Assembly (NCBI GenBank): GCA_964016885.1
Contig: OZ024740.1
Coordinates: 3,162,001-3,226,000 of the forward strand
Source of the DNA: Eledone cirrhosa
Taxonomy: Eukaryota
Direction of reading: 5' to 3'
Length of the DNA: 64,000 bases
Of the stretch, positions 1-11,000 are shown piece by piece. The position numbers and the translations under genes are program-made. The notes beneath the pieces are model-generated. The model searched no databases. It saw only the letters and a program-made list of their open reading frames with translations, and had not been told where the DNA came from. Every line of letters starts with the position of its first letter. Position 1 is the stretch's first letter.

Positions 1-3000
1 CACTAATACCTCACTAATACCTCACTAGACCTCTCTAATACCTCACTAATACCTAACTAGAACCCACTAATACCTCACTAATACCTCACTAGACCTCACT
101 AATACCTCACTAGACCTCACTAATACCTCACTAATACCTCACTTGACATCACTAATACCTCATAAGACCTCACTAATACCACCCTAATGCCTCCTAGACC
201 TCACTAGACCTCAATAATACTTCACTAATACCTCACTAATACCTCACTGGACCTGACTAATACCTGAATAATACCTCACAAGACCTCGCTAATACCTCAC
301 TAATACCTCAATAATACCTCACTAGACCTCACTAAAACCTCACTAATACCTCACTATTACCTCACTAATACCTCACAAATACCTCACAAATACCTCTGTA
401 ATACCTCACTAATACCTCACCAATACCTCAATAATACCTCAGTAATACCTCCCTAGACTTCACTAATACCTCACTAATACCTCACTAGACTTCACTAATA
501 CCTCACTAATACCTCACTAATACCTCACTAATGCCTCACTAATACCTCACTAAACCTCACTAATACCTCACTCATACCTCACTAGACCTAACTAATACCT
601 CACAAATACCTCACTAATAACTCACTAGCTCTCACTAATTCCTCACTAATACGTAACTAATACCTCACTAATACCTCACTAGAACTCACTAGACCTCACT
701 AGACCTCAGTAATACCTCACTAATACCTCACAAATACCTCTCTAAAACCTCACTAATACCTCACTAATACCTCACTAGACCTCACTAATACCACAGTAAT
801 ATCTCACGAGACCTCACTAATACCTCACTAATACTTGACTAATACCTCACTAATACCCCACTAGACCTCACTAATACCTCACTAATACCTCACTAGACCT
901 CACTAGACCTCACTAATAGCTCACTAATACCTCACTAGACCTCACTAATAGCTCACTAATACCTCACTAGACCTCACTAATACCTCACTAATACCTCACT
1001 AATACCTCACTAGACCTCACTAATACCTCACTAATACCTCACTAATACCTCAGTAATATCTCACTAGACGTCACTAGACCTCACTAATACCTCACTAGAC
1101 CTCACTATTACCTCACTAGACCTCACTAGACCTCACTAATACCTCACTAATACCTCACTAGACCTCACTAATACCTCACTAGACCTCAGTAGACCTCACT
1201 AATACCTCACTAATATCTCACTAGACCTCACTAGACCTCACTCATACCTCACTAATACCTCACTAGACCTCACTAGACCTCAGTAGACCTCACTAATACC
1301 TCACTAATACCTCACTAATACCTCACAAGATCTCACTAGACCTCACTAATACCTCACTAATACCTCACTAGACCTCACTAAACCTCACAAGACCTCACTA
1401 AACCTCACTAATACCTCACTAGACCTCACTAATACCTCACGAGACCTCACTAGTACCTCACTAATACCTCACTCATACCTCACTAGACCTCACTAATATC
1501 TAACTAATCCTCACTAATAGCTCACTAGACCCCACTTGACGTCTCTAGACCTCATTTATACCTCACTAACACACCACTAGACCTCACTAATACCTCACTA
1601 ATACCTCACTAATACCTCACTAATACCTCACTAGACCTCACTAATACCTCACTAGACCTCATTAATACCTCACTAATACCTCACTAATACCTCATGAGAC
1701 CTCACTAATACCTCAATAATACCTCACTAGACCTCACTAATACCCACTAGACCTCAATAATACATCACTAATACCTCACTAGACCTCACACTTACCTCAC
1801 TAATACCTCACTAGACCTCACTAATACTCCACTAATACCACACTAATAACTCACTAATACCGTACTGGACCTCACTATACCTCACTATTACCTCACTAAT
1901 ACCTCGCTAATACCTCACTAATACCTCACTAATACCGCACTAGACCTCAATACTACTTCACTAATAGCTCAATAGACCTCACTAATACCTCACTGGACCT
2001 GACTAATACCTGACTAATACCTCACTAGACCTCACTAAAACCTCACTAATACCTCACTAATACCTCACTAATACCTCACTGATACCTCACAAATACCTCT
2101 CTACTACCTCACTAATACCTCACTAATACCTCAATAATACCTCACTAATACCTCACTAGACCTCTCTAATACCTCACGAATACCTCAGTAATACCTCCCT
2201 AGACCTCACTAATACCGCACTAATACCTCACTAGACTTCACTAATACCTCACTAATACCTCACTAATACCTCACTAATGCCTCACTAATACCTCACTAAA
2301 CCTCACTAATACCTCACTCATACCTCACTAGACCTAACTAATACCTCACAAATACCCCACTGATAACTCACAACTCTCACTAATTCCTCACTAATACGTA
2401 ACTAATACCTCACTAATACCTCACTAGACCTCACTAGACCTCACTAGACCTCAGTAATACATCACTAATACCTCACAAATACCTCTCTAAAACCTCACTA
2501 ATACCTCACTAATACCTCACTAGACCTCACTAATACCTCAGTAATATCGCACGAGACCTCACTAATACCTCACTGATACTTGACTAATACCTCACTAATA
2601 CCCCACTAGACCTCACTAATACCTCACTAATACACCACTAGACCTCACTAATACCTCACTAATACCTCACTAGACCTCACTAGACCTCACTAATAGCTCA
2701 CTAATACCTCACTAGACCTCACTAATACCTCACTAATACCTCACTAATACTTCACTAGACCTCACTAATACCTCACTAATACCTCACTAATACCTCAGTA
2801 ATATCTCACTAGACCTCACTAGACCTCACTAATACCTCACTAGACCTCACTAATACCTCACTAGACCTTACTAGACCTCACTAATACGTCACTAATACCT
2901 CACTAGACCTCACTAATACCTCACTAGACCTCAGTACACCTCACTAATACCTCACTAATACCTCACTAGACCGCACTAGACCTCACTAATACCTCACTAA

Positions 3001-6000
3001 TATCTCACTAGACCTCACTAGACCTCACTCATACCTCACTAATACCTCACGAGACCTCACTAGACCTCAATAGACCTCACTAATACCTCACTAATACCTC
3101 ACTAATACCTCACAAGATCTCACTAGACCTCACTAATACCTCACTAAACCTCACTAGACCTCATAATACCTCACTAGACCTCACTAATACCTCACGAGAC
3201 CTCACTAGTACCTCACTAATACCTCACTCATACCTCACTAGACCTCACTAATATCTCACTAATCCTCACTAATAGCTCACTAGACCTCACCTGACGTCTC
3301 TAGACCTCATTTATACCTCACTAATACACCACTAGAGCTCACTAATACCTCACTAATACCTCACTAATACCTCACTAATACCTCACTAGACCTCACTAAT
3401 ATCTCACTAGATCTCATTAATACCTCACTAATACCTCACTAATATCTCACTAATACCTCACTAATACCTCACTAATACCTCACTAGACCTCACTAATACC
3501 TCACTAGACTTCACTAATAACTCACTAATAGCTCACTACATCCCACCAATACCTCACTAATACCTCACTAATACCTAGCTTGACCTCACTAATACCTCAC
3601 TAATAGCTAGCTAGACCTCACTAAACCTCACTAGACCTCACTAACACCTCACTAATACCTCACTAGACTTCACTAATACCTCACTAATACCTCACAAGAC
3701 CTCACTAGTACCTCACTAATACCGCACAAGACCTCACTAAACCTCACTAGACCTCACTAAACCTCACTAATACCTCACTAATATCTCACTAATACCTCAC
3801 TAGACCTCACTAGACCTCCCTAATACCTCACTAATACCTCAATAGACCTCACTAGACCTCGCTAATACCTCACTAATACCTCAGTAATATCTCACTAGAC
3901 CTCACTAATACTTGACTAATACCTTACTAATACCTCACTAGATCTTACTAATACCTTACTAATACCTCACTAATACCTAGTTAGACCTCACTAGACCACA
4001 CTAATATCCTCACTAATACCTCACTAGACTTCACTAATAACTCACTAATAGCTCACTACATCCCACTAATACCTCACTAATACCTCACTAATACCTAGCT
4101 AGGCCTCACTAGACCTCACGAGAGCTCACTAATACCTCACTAATACCTCACTAGACCTCAATAGACTTCACTAATACCTCACTAATACCTCACGAGATCT
4201 CACTAGTACCTCACTAATACCTCACTAGACCTCACTAATATCTCACTAATCCTCACTAATAGCTCACTAGACCTCACTTGACGTCACTAGACCTCACTTA
4301 TACCTCACTAATACCTAACTAGACCTCACTTATACCTCACATATACATCACTAATACCTCACTACTACCTCACTAGACCTCATTAATACCTCACTAATAC
4401 CTCACTAATACCTCACTAGACCTCACTAATACCTCACTAGACCTTATTAATACCTCACTAATACCTCACTAATACCTCACTAATACCTCACTAATACCTC
4501 ACTAGACCTCACTAGACCTTACTAAACCTCACTAATACCTCACTAATACCTCAGTATTACCTCACTAATACCTCAGTAATATCTCACTAGACCTCACTAA
4601 TACTTGACTAATACCTTACTAATACCTCACTAATACCTAGTTAGACCTCACTAGACCTCACTAATATCCTCACTAATACCTCACTAGACTTCACTAATAA
4701 CTCACTAATAGCTCACTACATCCCACTAATACCTCACCAATACCTCACTGGAGCTCACTAATACCTAGCTAGACCTCACTAATACCTCACTAATACCTCA
4801 CTAATACCTCACTAGACCTCACTAGACTTCACTAATACCTCACTAATACCTCACTAGACTTCACTAATACCTCACTAATACCTCACTAATACCTCACTAA
4901 TGCCTGACTAATAACTCACTAAACCTCACTAATACCTCACTCATACCTCACTAGACCTAACTAATACCTCACAAATACCTCACTGATAACTCACTAGCTC
5001 TCACTAATTCCTCACTAATATGTAACTAATACCTCACCAATACCTCACTAGAACTCACTAGACCTCACTAGACGTCAGTAATACCTCACTAATACCTCAC
5101 TAGACCTCACTAATACTTCAGTAATATCTCACGAGACCTCACTAATACCTCACTAATACTTGACTAATACCTCACTAATACCCCACTAGACATCACTAAT
5201 ACCTCACTAATACACCACTAGACCTCACTAATACCTCACTAATACCTCACTAGACCTCACTAGACCTCACTAATAGCTCACTAATACCTCACTAATACCT
5301 CACTAATACCTCACTAATACCTCACTAGACCTCACTAATACCTCACAAATACCTCACTAATACCTCAGTAATATCTCACTAGACCTCACTAGACCTCACT
5401 AATACCTCACTAGACCTCACTAGACCTCACTAATACCTCACTAATACCTCACTAATACCTCACTAGACCTCACTAGACCTCACTAATACCTCACTAATCC
5501 CTCACTAGACTTCACTAATACCTCACTAGACCTCAGTAGACCTCACTAATACCTCACTAGACCGCACTAGACCTCACTAATACCTCACTAATATCTCACT
5601 AGTCCTCACTAGACCTCACTCATACCTCACTAGACCTCACAAGATCTCACTAGACCTCACTAATACCTCACTAATACCTCACTAGACCTCACTAAACCTC
5701 ACGAGACCTCACTAATACATCACTAGACCTCACTAATACCTCACGAAACCTCACTAGTACCTCACTAATACCTCACTCATACCTCACTAGACCTCACTAA
5801 TATCTCACTAATCCTCACTAATAGCTCACTAGACCTCACTTGACGTCTCTAGACCTCATTTATAACTCACTAATACACCACTAGAGCTCACTAATACCTC
5901 ACTAATACCTCACTAATACCTCACTAATACCTCACTAATACCTCACTAATACCTAGCTAGACCTCACTAAACCTCACTAGACCTCACTAATACCTCACTA

Positions 6001-6987
6001 ATACCTCACTAGACTTCACTAATACCTCACTAATACCTCACAAGACCTCACTAGTACCTCACTAATACCGCACTAGACCTCACTAAACCTCACTAGACCT
6101 AGACCGCACTAACCCTCACTAATACCTCACTAATACCTCACTAATACCTCACTAGACCTCACTAGACCTCCCTAATACCTCACTAATACCTCACTAGACC
6201 TCACTAGACCTCGCTAACACCTCACTAATACCTCAGTAATATCTCACTAGACCTCACTAATACTTGACTAATACCTTACTAATACCTCACTAGAACTTAC
6301 TAATACCTTACTAATACCTCACTAATACCTAGTTAGACCTCACTAGACCCCAATAATATCCTCACTAATACCTCACTAGACTTCACTAATAACTCACTAA
6401 TAGCTCACTACAACCCACTATTACCTCACTAATACCTCACTATAGCTCACTAATACCTAGCTAGACCTCACTAATACCTCACTAATACCTCACTAGACCT
6501 CACTAGACTTCACTAATACCTTACTAATACCTCACTGGAGCTCACTAATACCTAGCTAGACCTCACTAATACCTCACTAATACCTCGCTAGACCTCACTA
6601 ATACCTCACTAGACCTCACTAATACCTCACTAATACCTAACTAATACCTCACTAATACCTCACTAATACCTCGCTAGAACTCACTAATACCTCACTAGAC
6701 CTCACTAATACCTCACTAATACCTCACTAATACCTCACTAATACCTCACTTAAACCTCACTTATACATCACTAATACCTCGCTAGACCTCACTAATGCCT
6801 CACTAGACCTCATTAATACCTCACTAATACCTCACTAATACCTCACTAATACCTCACTAATACCTCACTATACCTCACTAGACCTCACTAGACCTTACTA
6901 AACCTCACTAATACCTCACTAATACCTCACTATTACCTCACTAATACCTCAGTAATATCTCACTAGACCTCACTAATACTTGACTAA
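1..6987. repeat. Satellite array, left of the LINE: mixed 11-bp CACTAATACCT and 10-bp CACTAGACCT monomers plus variants; continues beyond the window start
   Basis: Directly visible tandem monomers; + strand strongly C/A-rich and G-poor; recurring variant landmarks, e.g. TGACGTCTCTAGACCTCATTTATA at ~1537, ~3292 and ~5841. Confidence 0.98.
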
Positions 6988-6988
6988 T

Positions 6989-7219
6989 TTAAAAAACAAT
7001 TTTAAAGAGGACGTGGGTCCCCCCTGCGTCGGGCCCATTAACCGCGTCCTCCTAAAAAACTATCCCACCCCCTCCCCAAACACCCACACAACTCCAAGCT
7101 CCCCAACCACACAACACACTGATGCCCCCACACTTCCACAAACCACCACCCCACCCAACAACCCATCCCCCACCCTAATGGAAATTGTGCAGCCCGATAC
7201 CCGGGACGCAGAGAGGTAA
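6989..7219 (+). pseudogene. Probable C-terminal remnant of ORF1 (Pro/Thr-rich, low complexity), or a 5' leader
   Basis: Frame is open from the 5' junction to TAA at 7217-7219, in frame with ORF2 and 24 bp before its ATG. No ORF1 domain motif is recognisable, so the call is positional only. Confidence 0.4.
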
Positions 7220-7243
7220 GTGTCTTTTCTCTTCACCACCCAC

Positions 7244-10200
7244 ATGGCTATGCTAAGAGTAGGCTGTTTAAATGTGCGTGGCCTGGGCTCAACTTGGAAG
7301 CAAGCAATGCTTCTAAATGACCTCAGGTCACAACGTATAGATGTGATGGTTATTTGCGAGGCCCGGATCAGCAACGTGCGACAGCTGGCCCCCACCTTTG
7401 ATGACTTTGAGATGCACGCATCTCTCTGTCAGCCCGGAGGTGGGGGTGGAGTTGTCGTTCTGCTGCAAAAACATCTGGGTCTCGCAACACAGATGGTACA
7501 TTTGGACCCGGAGGGTCGACTAGTGGTTCTGGACCTTGGCAGTGGTAAAGGCGGAGCGTTTAGGTTGGTAGCCGCCTACGGCCCTTTCGGGTCAATGCGA
7601 CCGGACTTCTTCCATCGTCTGGAGACTTTTCTAGGGACGTCCCGCTCCTTGCTATTAGTGGGGGACTGGAATGGTATCCTAGATGCACGCTGGGACTACG
7701 TAGGGGCCTGCCCCGATAGAGAGGGGTGTAATAGCCTCAAAGGGTTAATCGGTCGATTTGACCTGGCCGATAGATATCGACTAGATTTTCCGACTGCGCC
7801 AACCTGGACTTGGGCAAATCGTAGCGGATCATCTAGGTCGTACCTAGATAGGTTCTTAGTTAGAATTAAGGATAAGGACTTTTTAAGTTGTCCAAAAATG
7901 CGTATGGTTGGCTATTCAGACCACAAATTAGTGACCTGCATGGTCAACCTTGACAGAACTCATAGACAGGGCCCCGGTTACTGGAAGCTCAACTTGTCCT
8001 TGCCGGCAAGTAGAGCCTACAGGAATCGGATTAGTACGTTAGTTAAGGAACGGTTGACTGGAGCGATCGTCAACAGCAGGTGGTGGGTATCTCTAAAGAG
8101 AGAGATTAGAGTAGTCTCGATAGAATTTAGTAAGGTTCTAGCTGCGGATAGGAATAGGAAGGAAAGGGAGCTAATAGATAGAGTAGAAGAGGCAATTAGA
8201 AGCGGCGACGTGGCCAGAGTTCTAGCGTCGAGAACGGCTTTGAGCCAGTTTTTCGACGCGAAGCACGAAGGCTGCGTTGTCCGAAGTAAAATACGTGCTC
8301 TAGGGAACGAGGGGACCAAAGCTGTCAGCTGGGCCCGCGTGACAGAGGCCAACAGTGGAACTAAATCCACCATCCGGTCTTTGCGAGACCTGGATGGACG
8401 GGCGATTCTTGAGCCTAAGCAGATGTGTGAGGCCTTTCAAAGGCACTTTGCCCGACTGTTCGGGAGGGGCGGGGAGCCGGTTGGGAACGTGGACTTCGGT
8501 CCATACCTCGACGGCCTGCCGCGCCTCTCGGACAGGGAGGCGAAGTCCTGCGAGGAGCCGATTTCGGCCGCTGAGATAGAGGACGTGCTGAGCCAATGCG
8601 GCAAACGCAAATCCCCGGGTCTTGATGGTCTTCCTTACGAATTATATCTAGCTATGCCGGACTTGTTCTCCGATCTCCTCGAGGCGGTCTACTGCAACTG
8701 GCAACAGAACGGGAGAATTCCCTGTACTGTGACCAAGGGCGTAGTCACGCTAGTGAGGAAGGACGAGAACAAGGGGGACGAAATAAGTAACTTCAGGCCC
8801 ATAACTCTGCTAAATACAGAGTTACAGATTTTGGCCAAGGTGCTAGCAAAGAGGTTGGCGCTTGTCGTGGGCAACCTGGTGGGAGATGCGCAGACATGCG
8901 CTATCCCGTCCAGGTCCATCCATGACAACCTCCACCTCATGCGATACATCATAGAGAGGGTTGGGAACGAACCCGGCTTTGGTGGGGCTCTGATCAACTT
9001 GGATCAATCTAAGGCGTTCGATAGGGTCGACCATGGTTACCTGGATGCGGTGCTAGCGGCGGCAGGCTTCGGACCCGTTTTCAGGGGCTGGATCACTGCT
9101 ATGCACAGCAGCCGCATCTGCTCTAGGGTCAAGGTGAACAGCTACCTCTCGGAGCCGTTCAAAATCGCGCGGTCCATCCGACAAGGGTGCCCTCTCTCCT
9201 CCCTTCTGTATGTGTTGACTCTCGAGCCACTACTGCGGAAGTTGGAGTTGTTGCAGGGCATCCCTTTGGAACCGGGATTGCGGAAAGCGGTGTCGGCCTA
9301 CGCCGATGACGTGACAGTAATGGTGTCGACGGCCTCCGAAATCGAGGCGGTCGGCACCTTACTGGAGGAGTACGAAAGGTTCACAGGGGCTAAGCTGAAC
9401 CGGGACAAGTCGATCGGTTTGCAACTCGGCACGTGGAGGGGCAGACCGATGCCCTCCGATGGCGTCGTCGGACGCTGGACGGAGGGCCCGGTGAAGTTGC
9501 TCGGGGTCTGGTTCGGACCGGACCTCCAGGTGGAGAAAAACTGGGCGGAGGTTACGAACAGGGTGTTTGCACTGACCCAGAAGTGGGCCAGTTGCAAACT
9601 ATCCCTGAAAGGTCGGGCGGAGGTGGCGAACACCTACATAGCGTCCGTCATCTACTACCGCCTGACCGTAGTGCCCTTCCCAAGGGAAACCCTCACCAAG
9701 ATGGAGCGCGCGCTCTTCCAATTCCTTTGGAAGAGGCGGGTTCCTATGGTGAGGAGATCCATCTGCTGTCAACACCCTTCGAAAGGAGGGCTGGGGATGC
9801 CGTGGCTAATGATGCGTAAACACGCATTAAGGCTACGGCACCTCTACGTATTCCTCACCGGACAACCGGTGTGGGCCTCGTTTGTGAGACGAACCTTTCC
9901 CAGACTCGTCTCACTCACCGAGCTGCAATCCTGGGTCAAGCAAAGACCGAGAAAACTGGGCGCCTGGCACACTGAGTGTGCCCAGACGCTCACCGCCCTC
10001 TGGCAGGCGGATCCGGTTATCAGTGGAGACTCCACCGCAACATTCTATAGAGGGCTGGTACGCAGCAGGTGCGACGACGCCCTCGGAGAAGCCCTAGACA
10101 TGGAGGAGGACGAACTGGCCAGCCTGTTCGGTAGGACATTCAGCCCGGAACCTATGGACAACTTCCAGAAGTCCCTGGCCTGGCAGTGCTACCGAGGAGC

Positions 10201-10681
10201 TTTACCCGTTCGAGAAAGGCTCTACAGACACGGGCGCCCGGGTAGGGACCCCACCAAAAAGATCTGTCCCAGATGCGTGTGCGACGAGGAAACCGTTGCA
10301 CACACATTGGTACACTGCTCGGGCGTAGCCGATCTGTGGGGCTATGTCGAACAACTGCTGTCAAGGGTGGGACCGATCCGGTTGACCACCGAGTCTATTG
10401 TAATGATCAAGCCGCCTCCCCCCTTCAAAGATGAAGCAGAGGCGGTGTTTCTGTGCGTAATAGCCATGGCGAAAGAGGTTGTATGGTGGACGCGTCTGAA
10501 AGGACTGAGGTCAGGCACCTTTCTCTCTGGCCAACAACTGGTCCGTTTCTTCCGATATCATTTCGGAAGAAGGATCAGGATGGAGAGAGAGGTGCTGCAC
10601 CCCAGTCGTTTTTATGAAAGGTGGGTGAAAGTGGCGAGAATGGCCCGTGTGAATGGGCCTTCTCTTTACATGAGCCTGTAG
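7244..10681 (+). CDS. LINE ORF2 polyprotein (1145 aa from the first ATG): apurinic-like endonuclease, reverse transcriptase and C-terminal CCHC zinc knuckle
   Basis: APE motifs LNVRGL, AYGP, VGDWN (GDWN at 7661-7672), YLDRFLV and SDH (7916-7924); linker GPGYWKLN; RT motifs KSPGLDGLP, FRPITLLN, LDQSKAFDRVDH, RQGCPLS, YADD (9299-9310), LLGVWF, LSLKGR and GGLGMP; C-X2-C-X8-H-X4-C at 10265-10318. No stops or frameshifts. The track start at 7220 is a GTG; the first ATG is at 7244. Confidence 0.97.
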   Translation: MAMLRVGCLNVRGLGSTWKQAMLLNDLRSQRIDVMVICEARISNVRQLAPTFDDFEMHASLCQPGGGGGVVVLLQKHLGLATQMVHLDPEGRLVVLDLGSGKGGAFRLVAAYGPFGSMRPDFFHRLETFLGTSRSLLLVGDWNGILDARWDYVGACPDREGCNSLKGLIGRFDLADRYRLDFPTAPTWTWANRSGSSRSYLDRFLVRIKDKDFLSCPKMRMVGYSDHKLVTCMVNLDRTHRQGPGYWKLNLSLPASRAYRNRISTLVKERLTGAIVNSRWWVSLKREIRVVSIEFSKVLAADRNRKERELIDRVEEAIRSGDVARVLASRTALSQFFDAKHEGCVVRSKIRALGNEGTKAVSWARVTEANSGTKSTIRSLRDLDGRAILEPKQMCEAFQRHFARLFGRGGEPVGNVDFGPYLDGLPRLSDREAKSCEEPISAAEIEDVLSQCGKRKSPGLDGLPYELYLAMPDLFSDLLEAVYCNWQQNGRIPCTVTKGVVTLVRKDENKGDEISNFRPITLLNTELQILAKVLAKRLALVVGNLVGDAQTCAIPSRSIHDNLHLMRYIIERVGNEPGFGGALINLDQSKAFDRVDHGYLDAVLAAAGFGPVFRGWITAMHSSRICSRVKVNSYLSEPFKIARSIRQGCPLSSLLYVLTLEPLLRKLELLQGIPLEPGLRKAVSAYADDVTVMVSTASEIEAVGTLLEEYERFTGAKLNRDKSIGLQLGTWRGRPMPSDGVVGRWTEGPVKLLGVWFGPDLQVEKNWAEVTNRVFALTQKWASCKLSLKGRAEVANTYIASVIYYRLTVVPFPRETLTKMERALFQFLWKRRVPMVRRSICCQHPSKGGLGMPWLMMRKHALRLRHLYVFLTGQPVWASFVRRTFPRLVSLTELQSWVKQRPRKLGAWHTECAQTLTALWQADPVISGDSTATFYRGLVRSRCDDALGEALDMEEDELASLFGRTFSPEPMDNFQKSLAWQCYRGALPVRERLYRHGRPGRDPTKKICPRCVCDEETVAHTLVHCSGVADLWGYVEQLLSRVGPIRLTTESIVMIKPPPPFKDEAEAVFLCVIAMAKEVVWWTRLKGLRSGTFLSGQQLVRFFRYHFGRRIRMEREVLHPSRFYERWVKVARMARVNGPSLYMSL

Positions 10682-10999
10682 GTGGAAGAGAGAAAGAAAC
10701 GAGGGAGCACCCCCTCTCTGTGCTCCTGAGGAAAAGGGTTGCACACTTTTTTCGGGGGTGTGTGCGACACCCCAAGGCGCCTCCTCTCTATTGAGGATTT
10801 TGTTATAAATTTTATTTTTTGTTATATTTTATAACAAAATCCTCTATTGAGGATTTTGTTATAATTCTATTTTTTGTTATATTTTATTTTATTTTTATAT
10901 ATTGTTATTGCCTCCTCCCTATTGAGGACGCCTTGTTTTGTAAACTCCCCCCATTGTACTTGTCCCACTTTTGATGCCCTTGTGGCAAATAAAAGAAAC
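10682..10999 (+). other. Structured 3' UTR of the LINE with several stem-loops and an AT-rich inverted repeat
   Basis: GGAGCAC/GTGCTCC (10704-10726); GTTGCACAC/GTGTGCGAC (~10738-10768); perfect 17-bp inverted repeat 10793-10809/10828-10844. Confidence 0.75.
10988..10993 (+). terminator. Polyadenylation signal AATAAA at the LINE 3' end
   Basis: Canonical hexamer immediately before the A-rich tail and the 3' junction, as in L1-clade elements. Confidence 0.75.
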
Positions 11000-11000
11000 A

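Larger units (their letters stand above)
6989..10999 (+). mobile_element. Non-LTR retrotransposon of the L1 clade, Tx1-like; apparently 5'-truncated; inserted in the satellite
   Basis: Abrupt switch from satellite to GC/CpG-rich sequence. Contains an APE+RT+CCHC ORF, a ~320-bp 3' UTR, AATAAA at 10988-10993 and a short A-rich tail (AAAAGAAAC). The satellite resumes in register at 11000/11001. Confidence 0.95.

Noticed and set aside
7007-7060. HDV-like self-cleaving ribozyme at the LINE 5' end
   Set aside because: A P1-like pairing exists (GTGGGTC/GGCCCAT), but there is no room for P2/P3 and no GG for P1.1.
7244-10681. Telomerase RT, retron, group II intron or telomere-specific TRAS/SART element
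   Set aside because: The APE-RT-CCHC architecture and the YWKLN/LSLKGR/GGLG motifs indicate the L1/Tx1 clade, and it is inserted in satellite 53 kb from the TTAGGG tract.
7060-10775. Antisense and alternate-frame ORFs within the LINE
   Set aside because: Short shadow ORFs expected in GC-rich coding DNA, with no motifs.
7044-10931. Terminal inverted repeat or end-to-end pairing GCGTCCTC (7044-7051) / GAGGACGC (10924-10931)
   Set aside because: Only 8 bp and not terminal; each half already has a local hairpin partner.
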